The notes under the pieces are model-generated. The model made no database searches, was not told the origin of the DNA, and worked only from the letters and a program-made list of their open reading frames with translations. A stretch of 60,812 nt of DNA, the filler included. It is 6 parts of 6 records of this genome, joined end to end, with 100 filler letters (N's around TTAATTAATTAA, not from the genome) between each part and the next. Parts side by side here need not be neighbours in the genome. Positions count along the whole stretch, not along the records: positions 48,847 to 54,083 come from SRR31156797_7632; positions 54,184 to 60,812 come from SRR31156797_7639; 4 more parts are not named here. The stretch is one strand, 5' to 3'. A program made the position numbers and the translations under genes. Of this stretch, positions 52,501 through 60,812 are shown piece after piece (the stretch's first letter is position 1; each line of letters begins with the position of its first letter).

Positions 52501-52794
52501 GAGAGCAAATGCAGAAACTATGAACACTCGCGTTTCGGAGAGGTAAATGCGGTGGACATGGCAGGTTCCCTTGAACGGCTGTATGTGGCGTCTGGCATTG
52601 AGGCCAGGGTCATTCCTGCGGCGTCCTCGGCTGATTTTGTTGTGGTCTCAAGCCGTCCCATTCCTGCAGCCACAACCCGTATCGTTATGCGGACCATTGG
52701 TGAATGGATGCAGGGGAACGGCTACAGTACGTCGGCTATATACGATTTCCTCTCTCGGATACGATTTGTTCATTTACGGCCCAGCCGGCCATAA
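49561..52794 (+). CDS. DUF4157 (eCIS core) domain protein with putative C-terminal PD-(D/E)XK nuclease toxin
   Basis: 'QAKLTVGNPDDEYEREANRVAD', 'AKAFTHRNHIYLG', 'LMAHEAAHTVQQ'; Gly/Ala-rich hydrophobic helices; C-terminal YE...EAD...GESK. Confidence 0.85.
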   Translation: MGTTYALQKKELQKEPSPSSPNVEKKSGEILKVQAPESGVPVFLQNMALSSPPPSVQRKFFDDETEDEGVQAKLTVGNPDDEYEREANRVADTVMRMPEASDRDILDEGQEPVEKDSVIQAKIFESETVQAKNKQSVIGSDDMSRPAENSDGGTSLPESTRLRIEPVLGTSLNHVAVHDTPSSRKAARSIQAKAFTHRNHIYLGEGQSAHDVSLMAHEAAHTVQQSYGMIQHLQRVDEDDVSGEGGANQAGNANPHPLSSYYLLLFILPAEEMDALEQAALRREAVRRGETYDGPLGITKTSSYPLADFLPDSASFESREAILGQYFSGLGTPHGPSGGAGIAAREIARNETLRHYLGHFEDSQVEVELVDPDGLEDTPTRLRFFVDGMEVQDRAGEISVESLDDFAPEPLFVVADNQGLAVEQLIHIAVALEQGREALPEVRVLNDQIRCDPGQTSVNGARSLVNAINQFSSRVVQLRDGIYDENLDKLDAMTSLATESIEVRDLVADLPRWLRQWQGPSIPEETAGEFWMNEEASIERTMAANAEAGGIYYAAIGVNALEWASVQIYRLCGNFMTLGYMDREARNAMAYRRGEISNSAYAENIWWNMGASALTAVVIVLTAGWGGRLAGFLGADLTTGAGMMTAGTVEGVTIGMSTAVGADAYSAIIGATRDDPYVSGYHESAVMGPEGWIEAGLAGGLFGGVLTWGALRSAGPGPIAFVRPRSEGGIEVIPAELEAGAAADFVESAVGTRATAIPEYTGSRITAVPEYFGSSSTAIPEYVGTRATAVPEGAGPRIRVVPEGVPEVSTILDPTGTPFGAAEYVAAGGMVYEPAIYGEVGGRIVRINPRTPPDVTLYGPHGQVVAGRGAGAVEPELFGPRGEPVTGPRAPIDPSREIVVWGDAGWEAVPGNAPITSRSTGRTALQWQHYESQVEAHLGAGPGERQVSVALPRPMRFSGRQGPQTSIEADVALADRSVYGESKCRNYEHSRFGEVNAVDMAGSLERLYVASGIEARVIPAASSADFVVVSSRPIPAATTRIVMRTIGEWMQGNGYSTSAIYDFLSRIRFVHLRPSRP
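51808..51972 (+). repeat. 5 x 33-nt degenerate coding tandem repeat
   Basis: VGTRATAIPEY / TGSRITAVPEY / FGSSSTAIPEY / VGTRATAVPEG / AGPRIRVVPEG. Confidence 0.9.
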
Positions 52795-52809
52795 TATAAG
52801 GACCGTTGA

Positions 52810-53970
52810 ATGGTTAACAGCAAGAAAAATGAAGACCACTGGTTAGGAGCGGTGGTTAATGTTGTCACCCGGGATACCGGGGTAATGTCAGGGTTGATGA
52901 GGGCATTTAAATCAGCGGGACTTGAGCCTGATTATTATACTGTGGTACCCGTCACATCCGAAATTGCAAAACGATCCTTGACCGATACCCTTTCCGGCTT
53001 TCTTCGCGAAAGCGCAAAGGCCCCTGAAAACATACGGAAGCCTTTTGATTGGCGAGCATTCATGTCTTCTTTGGCGCATGAAGGTACGGCATGGATCGAA
53101 TTGGGCAACCGCGCATCGGACTGGATGATCCGGGTGCCCATGGAGCCCGGGTTTATTGCCGGACGATTCAACCCCGGGTTCATGGATATTTTGGGTAAAC
53201 CGTTTATCGAAGCGGCAAGTCATGTGTTTGACATGTGCCTTACCGATTGGGGGCTTTGCGGTCCGAGATCAATTCTTGAAAAATTTTTTGCACATATTCA
53301 TTATACCGAAATCGATACCCCCGTAAAACTCCCGGGTACGGGCTGGCTGAATTATCTGTCCACGGATTTCGCTTACCAGGAAGATGTCATGCGATTACGG
53401 GATATTAAGGGTTGGCGTATTATTCGAACCTATTCCGGGGCAACGGTGTTTGTTCTCAGGTCAACGGGTGATGACGGAGACATTGGCCGTTTTCGTTCCG
53501 ATGCGTCAAATTATTTTAAACCCTGGGCAAGACCGCTCGTCGATGTTTACCCGCTTCCTGACCGTACCCTGCTGCTTCGGGATGTTTCACCCGGATTTGC
53601 TGATTTTCAAAAATATATTTCCGGTGCGGCTTTTGAACATGCTGCAAATAAGGGATGCTTAAACCTGAGGTTCGATCTCCCAAGTCTTGAAAAGATTGAC
53701 GCCTGCCTTGGAACGGAAGGACGTTTCCTCCCGTTTTATGTTCTTGAAGGCTGGAGTGCGATCGCCGGTGAAGTGGCTGTGGCTTTTTGCGGTAAATGGC
53801 GAAGAATTTTGAATCCTAAATTGGGATTCCCGGAAAATTTTCTGGTTGAACTTCCGGGGGGAATAACCTTCCAACCCCATGTTTCACTAATGGATTATTT
53901 GGAAAATAGAATCGAATTAACCCCTGCGCAGGTTCTTCGTATGCGGCTGCAACAAATCGGTGCCGCATGA
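52810..53970 (+). CDS. Hypothetical protein, candidate immunity protein
   Basis: 15 nt downstream of the toxin-like gene, same strand; 'GWLNYLS' and 'FDLPSLEKID...GEV...GKW' motifs. Confidence 0.6.
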   Translation: MVNSKKNEDHWLGAVVNVVTRDTGVMSGLMRAFKSAGLEPDYYTVVPVTSEIAKRSLTDTLSGFLRESAKAPENIRKPFDWRAFMSSLAHEGTAWIELGNRASDWMIRVPMEPGFIAGRFNPGFMDILGKPFIEAASHVFDMCLTDWGLCGPRSILEKFFAHIHYTEIDTPVKLPGTGWLNYLSTDFAYQEDVMRLRDIKGWRIIRTYSGATVFVLRSTGDDGDIGRFRSDASNYFKPWARPLVDVYPLPDRTLLLRDVSPGFADFQKYISGAAFEHAANKGCLNLRFDLPSLEKIDACLGTEGRFLPFYVLEGWSAIAGEVAVAFCGKWRRILNPKLGFPENFLVELPGGITFQPHVSLMDYLENRIELTPAQVLRMRLQQIGAA

Positions 53971-54083
53971 AACGGAATGCTTATAAGGGTGCCACCCATA
54001 TTCGCGCGTAAATATACGCTAAGGATTTTTCATAAAAAATATGGCAAAAAATAAGCCCTTTGAATTCCAGCCCTCATCGAGGT

Positions 54084-54183
54084 NNNNNNNNNNNNNNNNN
54101 NNNNNNNNNNNNNNNNNNNNNNNNNNNTTAATTAATTAANNNNNNNNNNNNNNNNNNNNNNNNNNNNNNNNNNNNNNNNNNNN
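54084..54183. other. Artificial contig linker
   Basis: N-TTAATTAATTAA-N. Confidence 0.98.
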
Positions 54184-56589
54184 ATTGAATCTTTAGAAGT
54201 TTTGAAAGATGCTTCTGCTACTGCAATTTATGGATCAAGAGGAGCTAATGGCGTAATTTTAGTTTCAACCAAACGAGGACGAGATGGTAAAATTCAGGTA
54301 GCCTATAATGCATATATGGGAATTCAGAAATTGGCGAATAAGATGGATTTGTTGGATGCTGTTACTTATGCTGAAACGATCAATGAAAAACGCTTGTTAA
54401 CAGGAGGATCTGCAGAATATACAGAAGAACAAATAAAGAACTTTAAAGAAAATGGTGGAACAGATTGGCAAGATGAAGTTTATCGTACAGCAATTACTCA
54501 AAGTCACGATTTGTCTGTAAGTGGTAAAAAGGATGGATTTAATTTTCTTTTTTCAGGTCAATATTTAAATCAAGAAGGAATTCTGAAGAATTCTAAATTT
54601 GAACGATTTAGTTATAGAGCCAACGTTGACGTTGATCTTACTGAGAAATTAAAAATGGGTGTACGCATTAATGGAATTATAAGTAAAGATCGTCCGCATA
54701 AACTGAGTTGGCCGAATGGATCTATATCGAACGATGCAATTACAATGGAACCTACTTTACCAGTTTTTGATGAAGAAGGAAATTATACTCGTTCATCATT
54801 TGCAACGGTATCAAATCCTGTAGCTGATTATATGGAGCAGAATCATTATATAGATAATGTGAAGCAAAATTTAAATGCATATTTTGATTACCAAATCTCT
54901 GAAAAATGGAATTTACGTGTTTCAGGTGGATTCAATACAAGAGATTATGTGTCCAACCAATATTCTAGTGTGGACTTGTATGCAGGAGAAGGTGATAATG
55001 GTCGTGCAAGTATTTCCAATAAGAAATACTATATATGGCAGAATACGAATATTTTAAGCTATAAGAACAAAGTTGGGAAACACAAACTTGATTTTACTTT
55101 TGTGAACGAACAAACAGGTTCTAAAACTCAAGGATCAAGTTTATCTACGAAGAACTTTGATGTTGAAAACGGATACTATGATGTTTCGTTAGGTAAAGAG
55201 CCTTTAGCTCCTTCATCGTCTTTTGTAGATTGGCAATTGATGTCTTTTTTAGGACGTTTCAATTATGTGTACAATGATAAGTATTTATTAACTGTGGCAA
55301 TGAGAGCCGATGGTTCCTCTAAGTTTGCAGAGAATGAAAAATGGGGTTATTTTCCAAGTGGATCTTTGGCATGGCGCATATCAGAAGAGGATTTCATGAA
55401 AAATCTTACTTTTCTGGATAATTTAAAATTGCGTTCCAGTTTCGGTATTACAGGTTCTCAAGCTACAAATCCATATCAATCTAAAGGATTAATGAGCACT
55501 GGTGTTAATTATGCAGTTGATGGATCTTCAGTTAGTGTAGGTATTGCTCCAGCCCGTTCCGCAAATCCAAATTTGTCATGGGAAAAAACATCGCAAATCG
55601 ATTTGGGTTTTGATATGACCATTTTAGATGGGAAATTCACTTTTACAGCAGATTATTACTATAAAAAAACAACTGACTTATTACTAGAAGTTGCTGTTCC
55701 TTATTATACCGGATTTAAATCAGAATTTAAAAATTTAGGTGAGGTAGAAAATAAAGGGGTTGAATTCAGCTTGGAAAGTAATTTAAGTCATGGTGAACTT
55801 AATTGGAACTCTAATGTAACGTTCTCTCTTAATAGAAACAAAGTATTAGATCTTGGTGATGTTGATAAGATTTTAATGGGAGATAATAATGCGATTTCGA
55901 TGATTCAAAAAGGTGAATCTTTGGGGTTAATTTATGGATATAAATTTGATGGGATTTGGCAACAAAATCAAGCCAATGAAGCTGCTGTTTATGGGAATAA
56001 ACCTGGAGATGCAAGATTTGTAGATGTTAATGGAGACAATACTATAACGGCTGATGACAGAACAATTATTGGTCATGGATATCCTAAGTGGAGTATGGGT
56101 TGGTCTAATTCTTTAAGTTACAAGAATTTTGATATGAATATTCTATTTACAGGAATCTTTGGTAATGAAGTTATGAATGAAGTTTATAGTCGTACCATGG
56201 GATGGGGAAATCAGGATCCGACCAATAAGGATATTTTGAAAAGATGGACTCCTGAAAACGAAAGTAATTCGATTCCAGCCTTTAGTAACACTTATAAAAC
56301 TTCGTATTTAAATAACTCTTCAGCTACCGTTGAAGATGCATCTTTTATCAGATTAAGTAATATCTCTTTAGGCTATACATTCAGTCAATCTTGGTTGAAA
56401 AAATGTAACATTAGTAAGCTGAGAGTTTATGCAAGTGGTCAAAACTTATGGACATCAACGGATTATAAGGGATACGATCCTGAAGTAAATAATGCAGGAG
56501 GATCTCAAGCCGATTATCGTGTTGGTTTTGATAGAGCACCTTATCCTAAAGCAAGAATCATAACTGTAGGTTTAAATCTTACATTTTGA
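54184..56589 (+). CDS. susC: SusC/RagA TonB-dependent transporter (5' end cut by contig end)
   Basis: 'LKDASATAIYGSRGANGVI', 'RADGSSKF', 'NPNLSWE', C-terminal 'GLNLTF'. Confidence 0.95.
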   Translation: MESLEVLKDASATAIYGSRGANGVILVSTKRGRDGKIQVAYNAYMGIQKLANKMDLLDAVTYAETINEKRLLTGGSAEYTEEQIKNFKENGGTDWQDEVYRTAITQSHDLSVSGKKDGFNFLFSGQYLNQEGILKNSKFERFSYRANVDVDLTEKLKMGVRINGIISKDRPHKLSWPNGSISNDAITMEPTLPVFDEEGNYTRSSFATVSNPVADYMEQNHYIDNVKQNLNAYFDYQISEKWNLRVSGGFNTRDYVSNQYSSVDLYAGEGDNGRASISNKKYYIWQNTNILSYKNKVGKHKLDFTFVNEQTGSKTQGSSLSTKNFDVENGYYDVSLGKEPLAPSSSFVDWQLMSFLGRFNYVYNDKYLLTVAMRADGSSKFAENEKWGYFPSGSLAWRISEEDFMKNLTFLDNLKLRSSFGITGSQATNPYQSKGLMSTGVNYAVDGSSVSVGIAPARSANPNLSWEKTSQIDLGFDMTILDGKFTFTADYYYKKTTDLLLEVAVPYYTGFKSEFKNLGEVENKGVEFSLESNLSHGELNWNSNVTFSLNRNKVLDLGDVDKILMGDNNAISMIQKGESLGLIYGYKFDGIWQQNQANEAAVYGNKPGDARFVDVNGDNTITADDRTIIGHGYPKWSMGWSNSLSYKNFDMNILFTGIFGNEVMNEVYSRTMGWGNQDPTNKDILKRWTPENESNSIPAFSNTYKTSYLNNSSATVEDASFIRLSNISLGYTFSQSWLKKCNISKLRVYASGQNLWTSTDYKGYDPEVNNAGGSQADYRVGFDRAPYPKARIITVGLNLTF

Positions 56590-56643
56590 TTTATTGATAA
56601 CTAATGTAAAGTCGTTATTAACAATCTAAATTTGGAATCAAAA

Positions 56644-58173
56644 ATGAATAATATATTAAATAAAGTTACGATTGGACTTAGCCTTTTGTTGGGATTCGGT
56701 CTTATCACATCTTGTGATCTACTGGATGAAGAGGATACTTACCTTATGAGTCCTGATAATTATTTTTCAACGGAACAAGAGTTAGATGCCGCAATCTATC
56801 CTATATACAATTACATTTTTAAAGATGACAGCCGTTTGAATGGCTTAAGTGGACGTGGCTGGGGATTAAATTGTGGAGCAGATGATATTACATCAACAAG
56901 AGGATTGAATAAGCAGCGATTATTGGAATTTGATGATTTTGAAGTTTCGACCGAAAACAATGATTTGGAGATGGTGTGGAAAGCTTTGTACAGATCTATT
57001 GGAGCTGCTAATAATATTCTTCAAAATATTGAACAAATTCAGGAAATTCCTATGTCTGATGATACGCGAAATGAGAGAATTGGAGAAGTTCGATTTTTAC
57101 GTTCACTGTCTTATTTTTATCTTGTTAGATTCTGGGGAGAAGTGCCTATTATAGATGAACTAATGAATGGAGAACAGGCTCAATCTGCCAGAAAAGCTTC
57201 TATTCAAGATGTATATGATTTTATTCTTGCCGATGCTTTGGACGCTGAAAAGTTACTACCTGTTCAACAAATGGATAAAGGGCGTCCGACTCAAGATGCA
57301 GCGAAAACTTTACTTTCGTATGTTTACTTGCACATGGCAGGTTGGCCTTTAGAGAAAGGAACAGAGTACTATCAAAAATCAGCCGATAAGGCAAAAGAGA
57401 TAATTGATGCAGCCAATTATCAATTAGAATCGGAATTTGCTACACTTTGGTCTTTTGAAAAACGATTGTCAGAAAAGGAACATATTTTTGCTTTTTATCC
57501 TGATTTTTCTTCAAATAGAAATTATGGTTCTTTTGGAAATAAAGCATTTAGAGGTAAAGATGAAGGTGGATGGAGAGAGGTACTTGTTGAAAAGGAATTC
57601 GCTCGCAATTACCCACTTGATAATCGAAGAGAATGGACTATTTATGATACTCTTAAATATGACAAAAAAGGGAAACTTCTTCCAGAGTCGAAATGGAAAT
57701 CTTGGGATAAATCGGTAGAGGCTCATCCATTTATTGCAAAATATAGAGATATAGGAGGAGCTGTCTGGAAAGAAGCGACTTCAAATGCTTTATATCCTAT
57801 TTTTAGATTCGCAGATGTTCTGTTAATTTATGCAGAAGCATCTAATTTAGCGGAAGGATCTCCTTCATCAAGCGCATATGCAGCATTATGGGCAGTGCAG
57901 GATAGAGCTTACCTGGGAAGTGCAGCAGAAGCTAATAGACTGAATGCAGGAGCAACAAGTGAGGAATTTGATTCAGCAGTTCTTTCGGAGAGATCCTGGG
58001 AGTTTGCATTTGAATTAAAGCGTTGGCACGATTTGGTTCGTAGAAAAAAAGTAAAAGAGGCAAATTTAAACCATATGGATGAAAGAAGCGATTTTGATCC
58101 TTCAAGAATAACGGAATTGAATTATCTATTTCCAATTCCTGCTCGAGAGAAACTAATTAATCCAAATCTATAA
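56644..58173 (+). CDS. susD: SusD/RagB lipoprotein
   Basis: Lipobox 'ITSC', 'FRFADVLLIYAEA', 'ER.WEFAFE..RWHDLVR', 'FPIP'. Confidence 0.95.
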   Translation: MNNILNKVTIGLSLLLGFGLITSCDLLDEEDTYLMSPDNYFSTEQELDAAIYPIYNYIFKDDSRLNGLSGRGWGLNCGADDITSTRGLNKQRLLEFDDFEVSTENNDLEMVWKALYRSIGAANNILQNIEQIQEIPMSDDTRNERIGEVRFLRSLSYFYLVRFWGEVPIIDELMNGEQAQSARKASIQDVYDFILADALDAEKLLPVQQMDKGRPTQDAAKTLLSYVYLHMAGWPLEKGTEYYQKSADKAKEIIDAANYQLESEFATLWSFEKRLSEKEHIFAFYPDFSSNRNYGSFGNKAFRGKDEGGWREVLVEKEFARNYPLDNRREWTIYDTLKYDKKGKLLPESKWKSWDKSVEAHPFIAKYRDIGGAVWKEATSNALYPIFRFADVLLIYAEASNLAEGSPSSSAYAALWAVQDRAYLGSAAEANRLNAGATSEEFDSAVLSERSWEFAFELKRWHDLVRRKKVKEANLNHMDERSDFDPSRITELNYLFPIPAREKLINPNL

Positions 58174-58177
58174 TTTT

Positions 58178-58210
58178 AACCGATCCGGTTTTCCGGATCG
58201 GTTTTTTTTT
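58178..58210 (+). terminator. Intrinsic terminator after susD
   Basis: aaccgatccgg-tttt-ccggatcggtt plus T-tract. Confidence 0.9.
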
Positions 58211-58548
58211 ATGCGATGTTAGTATATCGATTAAAAAAAGCATTGATATCATGCTCAATGTTGTTTGTCAAATTTCAACTACTCAATTTTCCTTTCCTAA
58301 TATAAAACACTTTCTGCTATTGATCTCTTTGATATTTTTGTTTCCAATATCATTCAATTATATGCTGTAATTATTCAATACAACAATTGAATTGGATGAT
58401 TTATTGGTGTTTGGACAATATTGGAGATTTTCTGAATGAATATATCATCTAGTCGTTTTGAGGCTTAGATACATTTATGCAGTCGTTTTCGGAACGATGA
58501 TGAAATTCGGAAAAAATCTAATACTAATCTTTATCAAAAAACTAATCA

Positions 58549-60144
58549 ATGAATTATTCAAACGATTGTAAAGGTAAATGGCGTTTGAGATCGAAATGGT
58601 TGGCAGTATTAATTACAATACTGGCACCTTTATCATTCTCATGTGATGACGACGATTCTGTTGGGGAAATTTTAGCTCCAAGTGGATTGCGTTATGCGTC
58701 GGTTACTGAAGTGTACGAAGGAAAAGGAATGGAATCTGCTAAACCGGTTGTTTTATCTGATACGCAACCAATTTTTGAAATTGCTGGCGGAACGGCTGAA
58801 GACAATGGTGTATATGTAGAAAATACATTTACAATTAAAGATTCGACAGGAGTTGTTAGTCTTGTAAACGAGAATATTTTAGTAGCAGGATTATATAAAC
58901 TAGATATTAAGGTTAAGAATAATTCGGGAGAGAATGTATTTCCTGCAGCTTTTGAGTTAAGAATATTACCTAGTCTGGCGGAAGACTTAGTCTTTACTCC
59001 ATCAATTCAAACGATTTCAAAAGATTTTGCAGGATCGAAAACTACAGGTCCTGTTTTTAAAGGTAGCAAACCTGCTACATACGCATTGGTAGATAACTCT
59101 CAGTTTGCAATTGATGAAAATACAGGAGAAATATCCTTGCAGGATGGAGTGGATGTTGCTGAAGGAAACTACAACCTGTCCGTTAAGGTTATTAATGCAG
59201 CTGGTGAACAAACATTCGAAGATGCACTTACCGTAAAGCTTGTAAACAAATCTTTCTCATTCACCAATCCAACAGCTAGTGTAACCGAAGGAAAAGAATT
59301 TGTATCTGAAACTCCTTCTGCATTTGGAAATGGAACATTATCTTTTGCTTTAGTCGACGATTTTGGAGCTTTTAAAATCAATGCTGAAACTGGAGTAATA
59401 TCATTAGATGCTGGAAATCCACTAACCAAAGGTGATTACAAATTATCAGTAATAATGACAAGTGATGCCGGAGATGTAACCTATAATGATGTATTGACTG
59501 TTACCATTGAAGCTCCAACTTTACAGATGGTATTCGAAGATGGATGGCAAGAATTAGGATATGCAAATGGTGAGCATCAGCTTGGTAATTTTACACAATT
59601 CGATTTAAAAAATGCGGGTTATCAGGACAGTAAATTAAGATGGGTTAATTCATGGGGATTGAATACCACATTAAGAAATATTGATGGAGAAAAAGCTCCA
59701 ACTGCCGAAATGAAAGGTAAGAAGGAAGCTGGAGTAAATACTGAGAATGATGATTGGTTGGTTTCTGGGAATATTGATTTGACAGATGTAAGCGATCCGG
59801 GTATTTTGATTCATATCTTCCAATTGTATGTTTGGGATGTAGCAAATAGTGTAGCAAAAAGAAGTGACAAAGTTACGATCAAGGTTTCTGAAGATTTCGA
59901 AGGGGATGTAACTACAGCGAATTGGAACACTTTGTATGAATTTACTCCTGAAGAAATTTATCAAGAAGCTTATAAAAGTTATGCTCAAAGAATTCCTCGA
60001 GTGTTCGATTACAATACAAAGAATGAATTGAGCTTGAAAACTTATGAAGGTAAGGTAATTACAATTGCAATTCATGTAGTTGCAGAGGATCAATCTACGG
60101 GAGATATAGGTGTTCAAAAATTCCAGGTCTTTGGATTGAAATAA
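58549..60144 (+). CDS. Surface lipoprotein with three cadherin/Ig-like repeats and a C-terminal DUF5017-like domain
   Basis: Lipobox 'SFSC'; repeated 'F.I...TG.ISL...G.Y.L.V'; 'NDDWLVSGNIDL'. Confidence 0.7.
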   Translation: MNYSNDCKGKWRLRSKWLAVLITILAPLSFSCDDDDSVGEILAPSGLRYASVTEVYEGKGMESAKPVVLSDTQPIFEIAGGTAEDNGVYVENTFTIKDSTGVVSLVNENILVAGLYKLDIKVKNNSGENVFPAAFELRILPSLAEDLVFTPSIQTISKDFAGSKTTGPVFKGSKPATYALVDNSQFAIDENTGEISLQDGVDVAEGNYNLSVKVINAAGEQTFEDALTVKLVNKSFSFTNPTASVTEGKEFVSETPSAFGNGTLSFALVDDFGAFKINAETGVISLDAGNPLTKGDYKLSVIMTSDAGDVTYNDVLTVTIEAPTLQMVFEDGWQELGYANGEHQLGNFTQFDLKNAGYQDSKLRWVNSWGLNTTLRNIDGEKAPTAEMKGKKEAGVNTENDDWLVSGNIDLTDVSDPGILIHIFQLYVWDVANSVAKRSDKVTIKVSEDFEGDVTTANWNTLYEFTPEEIYQEAYKSYAQRIPRVFDYNTKNELSLKTYEGKVITIAIHVVAEDQSTGDIGVQKFQVFGLK

Positions 60145-60233
60145 GAAATAATTGAATTAATAGAAATACGATCCTGGAAGGTTGTGAGTTGAATTGAAGG
60201 GAATTCAGGATCGTAATTCAAATATGATAGCAA

Positions 60234-60812
60234 ATGAATTATTCTAATAAAATAAAAAATGTAACGCGATTTTTACTTTTGATTGTGTTTATGTTTTCGT
60301 CCACTGTAATTTTTGCTCAAAGTAAGCAAGTTAGTGGTAAAATTGTTGATGATTCTGGGTTTGGAATGCCTGGTGTTAGCGTTCTGGAGAAGGGAACAAC
60401 TAATGGTACCATTACAGGAATGGATGGTATGTTTAAGTTGAATGTAGAAAATAAAGCGGATCTGGTAATTTCTTTTATCGGATTTAAAACACAAACAATT
60501 AGTTCTGAAGGGCAGAACGTTTTCAATATCACATTGGAAGAGGATGTACAGCAGTTGGAACAAGTTGTAGTTGTTGGATATGGTAGAAAAAGCATTAAGG
60601 ATGTTACGGGCGCAATCGCTTCTGTAAAACCTGAAGAGTTAGCGAAAGCACCGGTAGCAAATTTCGATCAGGCATTGGCAGGTCGTATGGCAGGTGTACA
60701 AGTTAACTTTACCGATGCTCAACCAGGTGAAGGAATGAATATTATTATTCGTGGTGGTAATTCAATCACAGGTAGCAATAAGCCATTGTATGTAATCGAT
60801 GGTATTCCTATG
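60234..60812 (+). CDS. susC: Second SusC/RagA transporter, 5' part (missed by the ORF track)
   Basis: MNYSNKIK...QVSGKIVDD...PGVSVLEKGTTNGT...VVVGYG...ALAGRMAGVQV...IRG..S...PLYVIDG; runs off the window. Confidence 0.92.
   Translation, partial: MNYSNKIKNVTRFLLLIVFMFSSTVIFAQSKQVSGKIVDDSGFGMPGVSVLEKGTTNGTITGMDGMFKLNVENKADLVISFIGFKTQTISSEGQNVFNITLEEDVQQLEQVVVVGYGRKSIKDVTGAIASVKPEELAKAPVANFDQALAGRMAGVQVNFTDAQPGEGMNIIIRGGNSITGSNKPLYVIDGIPM

Overview
This window is not one locus. It is six unrelated contigs joined by 100-nt N/TTAATTAATTAA linkers, so no linkage should be inferred across them. (1) 1-14544, Desulfobacterales-like: a substrate-binding protein plus hybrid histidine kinase, a ~0.9-kb stretch of gene fragments, then a type-1 BREX anti-phage operon (brxA-brxB-brxC-[accessory]-pglZ-brxL). 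The operon has no pglX, a nonsense codon in brxC and a 5'-truncated accessory gene. (2) 14645-21671, Bacteroidota housekeeping: ahcY, ribF, a fused ABCG-like exporter, a lipoprotein, recJ. (3) 21772-41653, Desulfovibrio/Maridesulfovibrio-like core genes: copA, pyrR, cobT, selenocysteine-containing selD with SECIS, hemC, lon, radC, holA, lptE, leuS. (4) 41754-48746, low-GC, probably diderm: a LacI regulator with three readable operators, a sugar ABC importer and a GH36 alpha-galactosidase. (5) 48847-54083: a decayed metallopeptidase remnant, then a 1077-aa DUF4157 (eCIS-core) protein with a hydrophobic segment, 11-aa repeats and a C-terminal PD-(D/E)XK-like domain, then a candidate immunity gene. 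This is the best candidate for an undescribed toxin-immunity system. (6) 54184-60812, Bacteroidota PUL: susC-susD, a surface lipoprotein and a second susC. All family and taxon calls come from motif recognition only; no searches were run.
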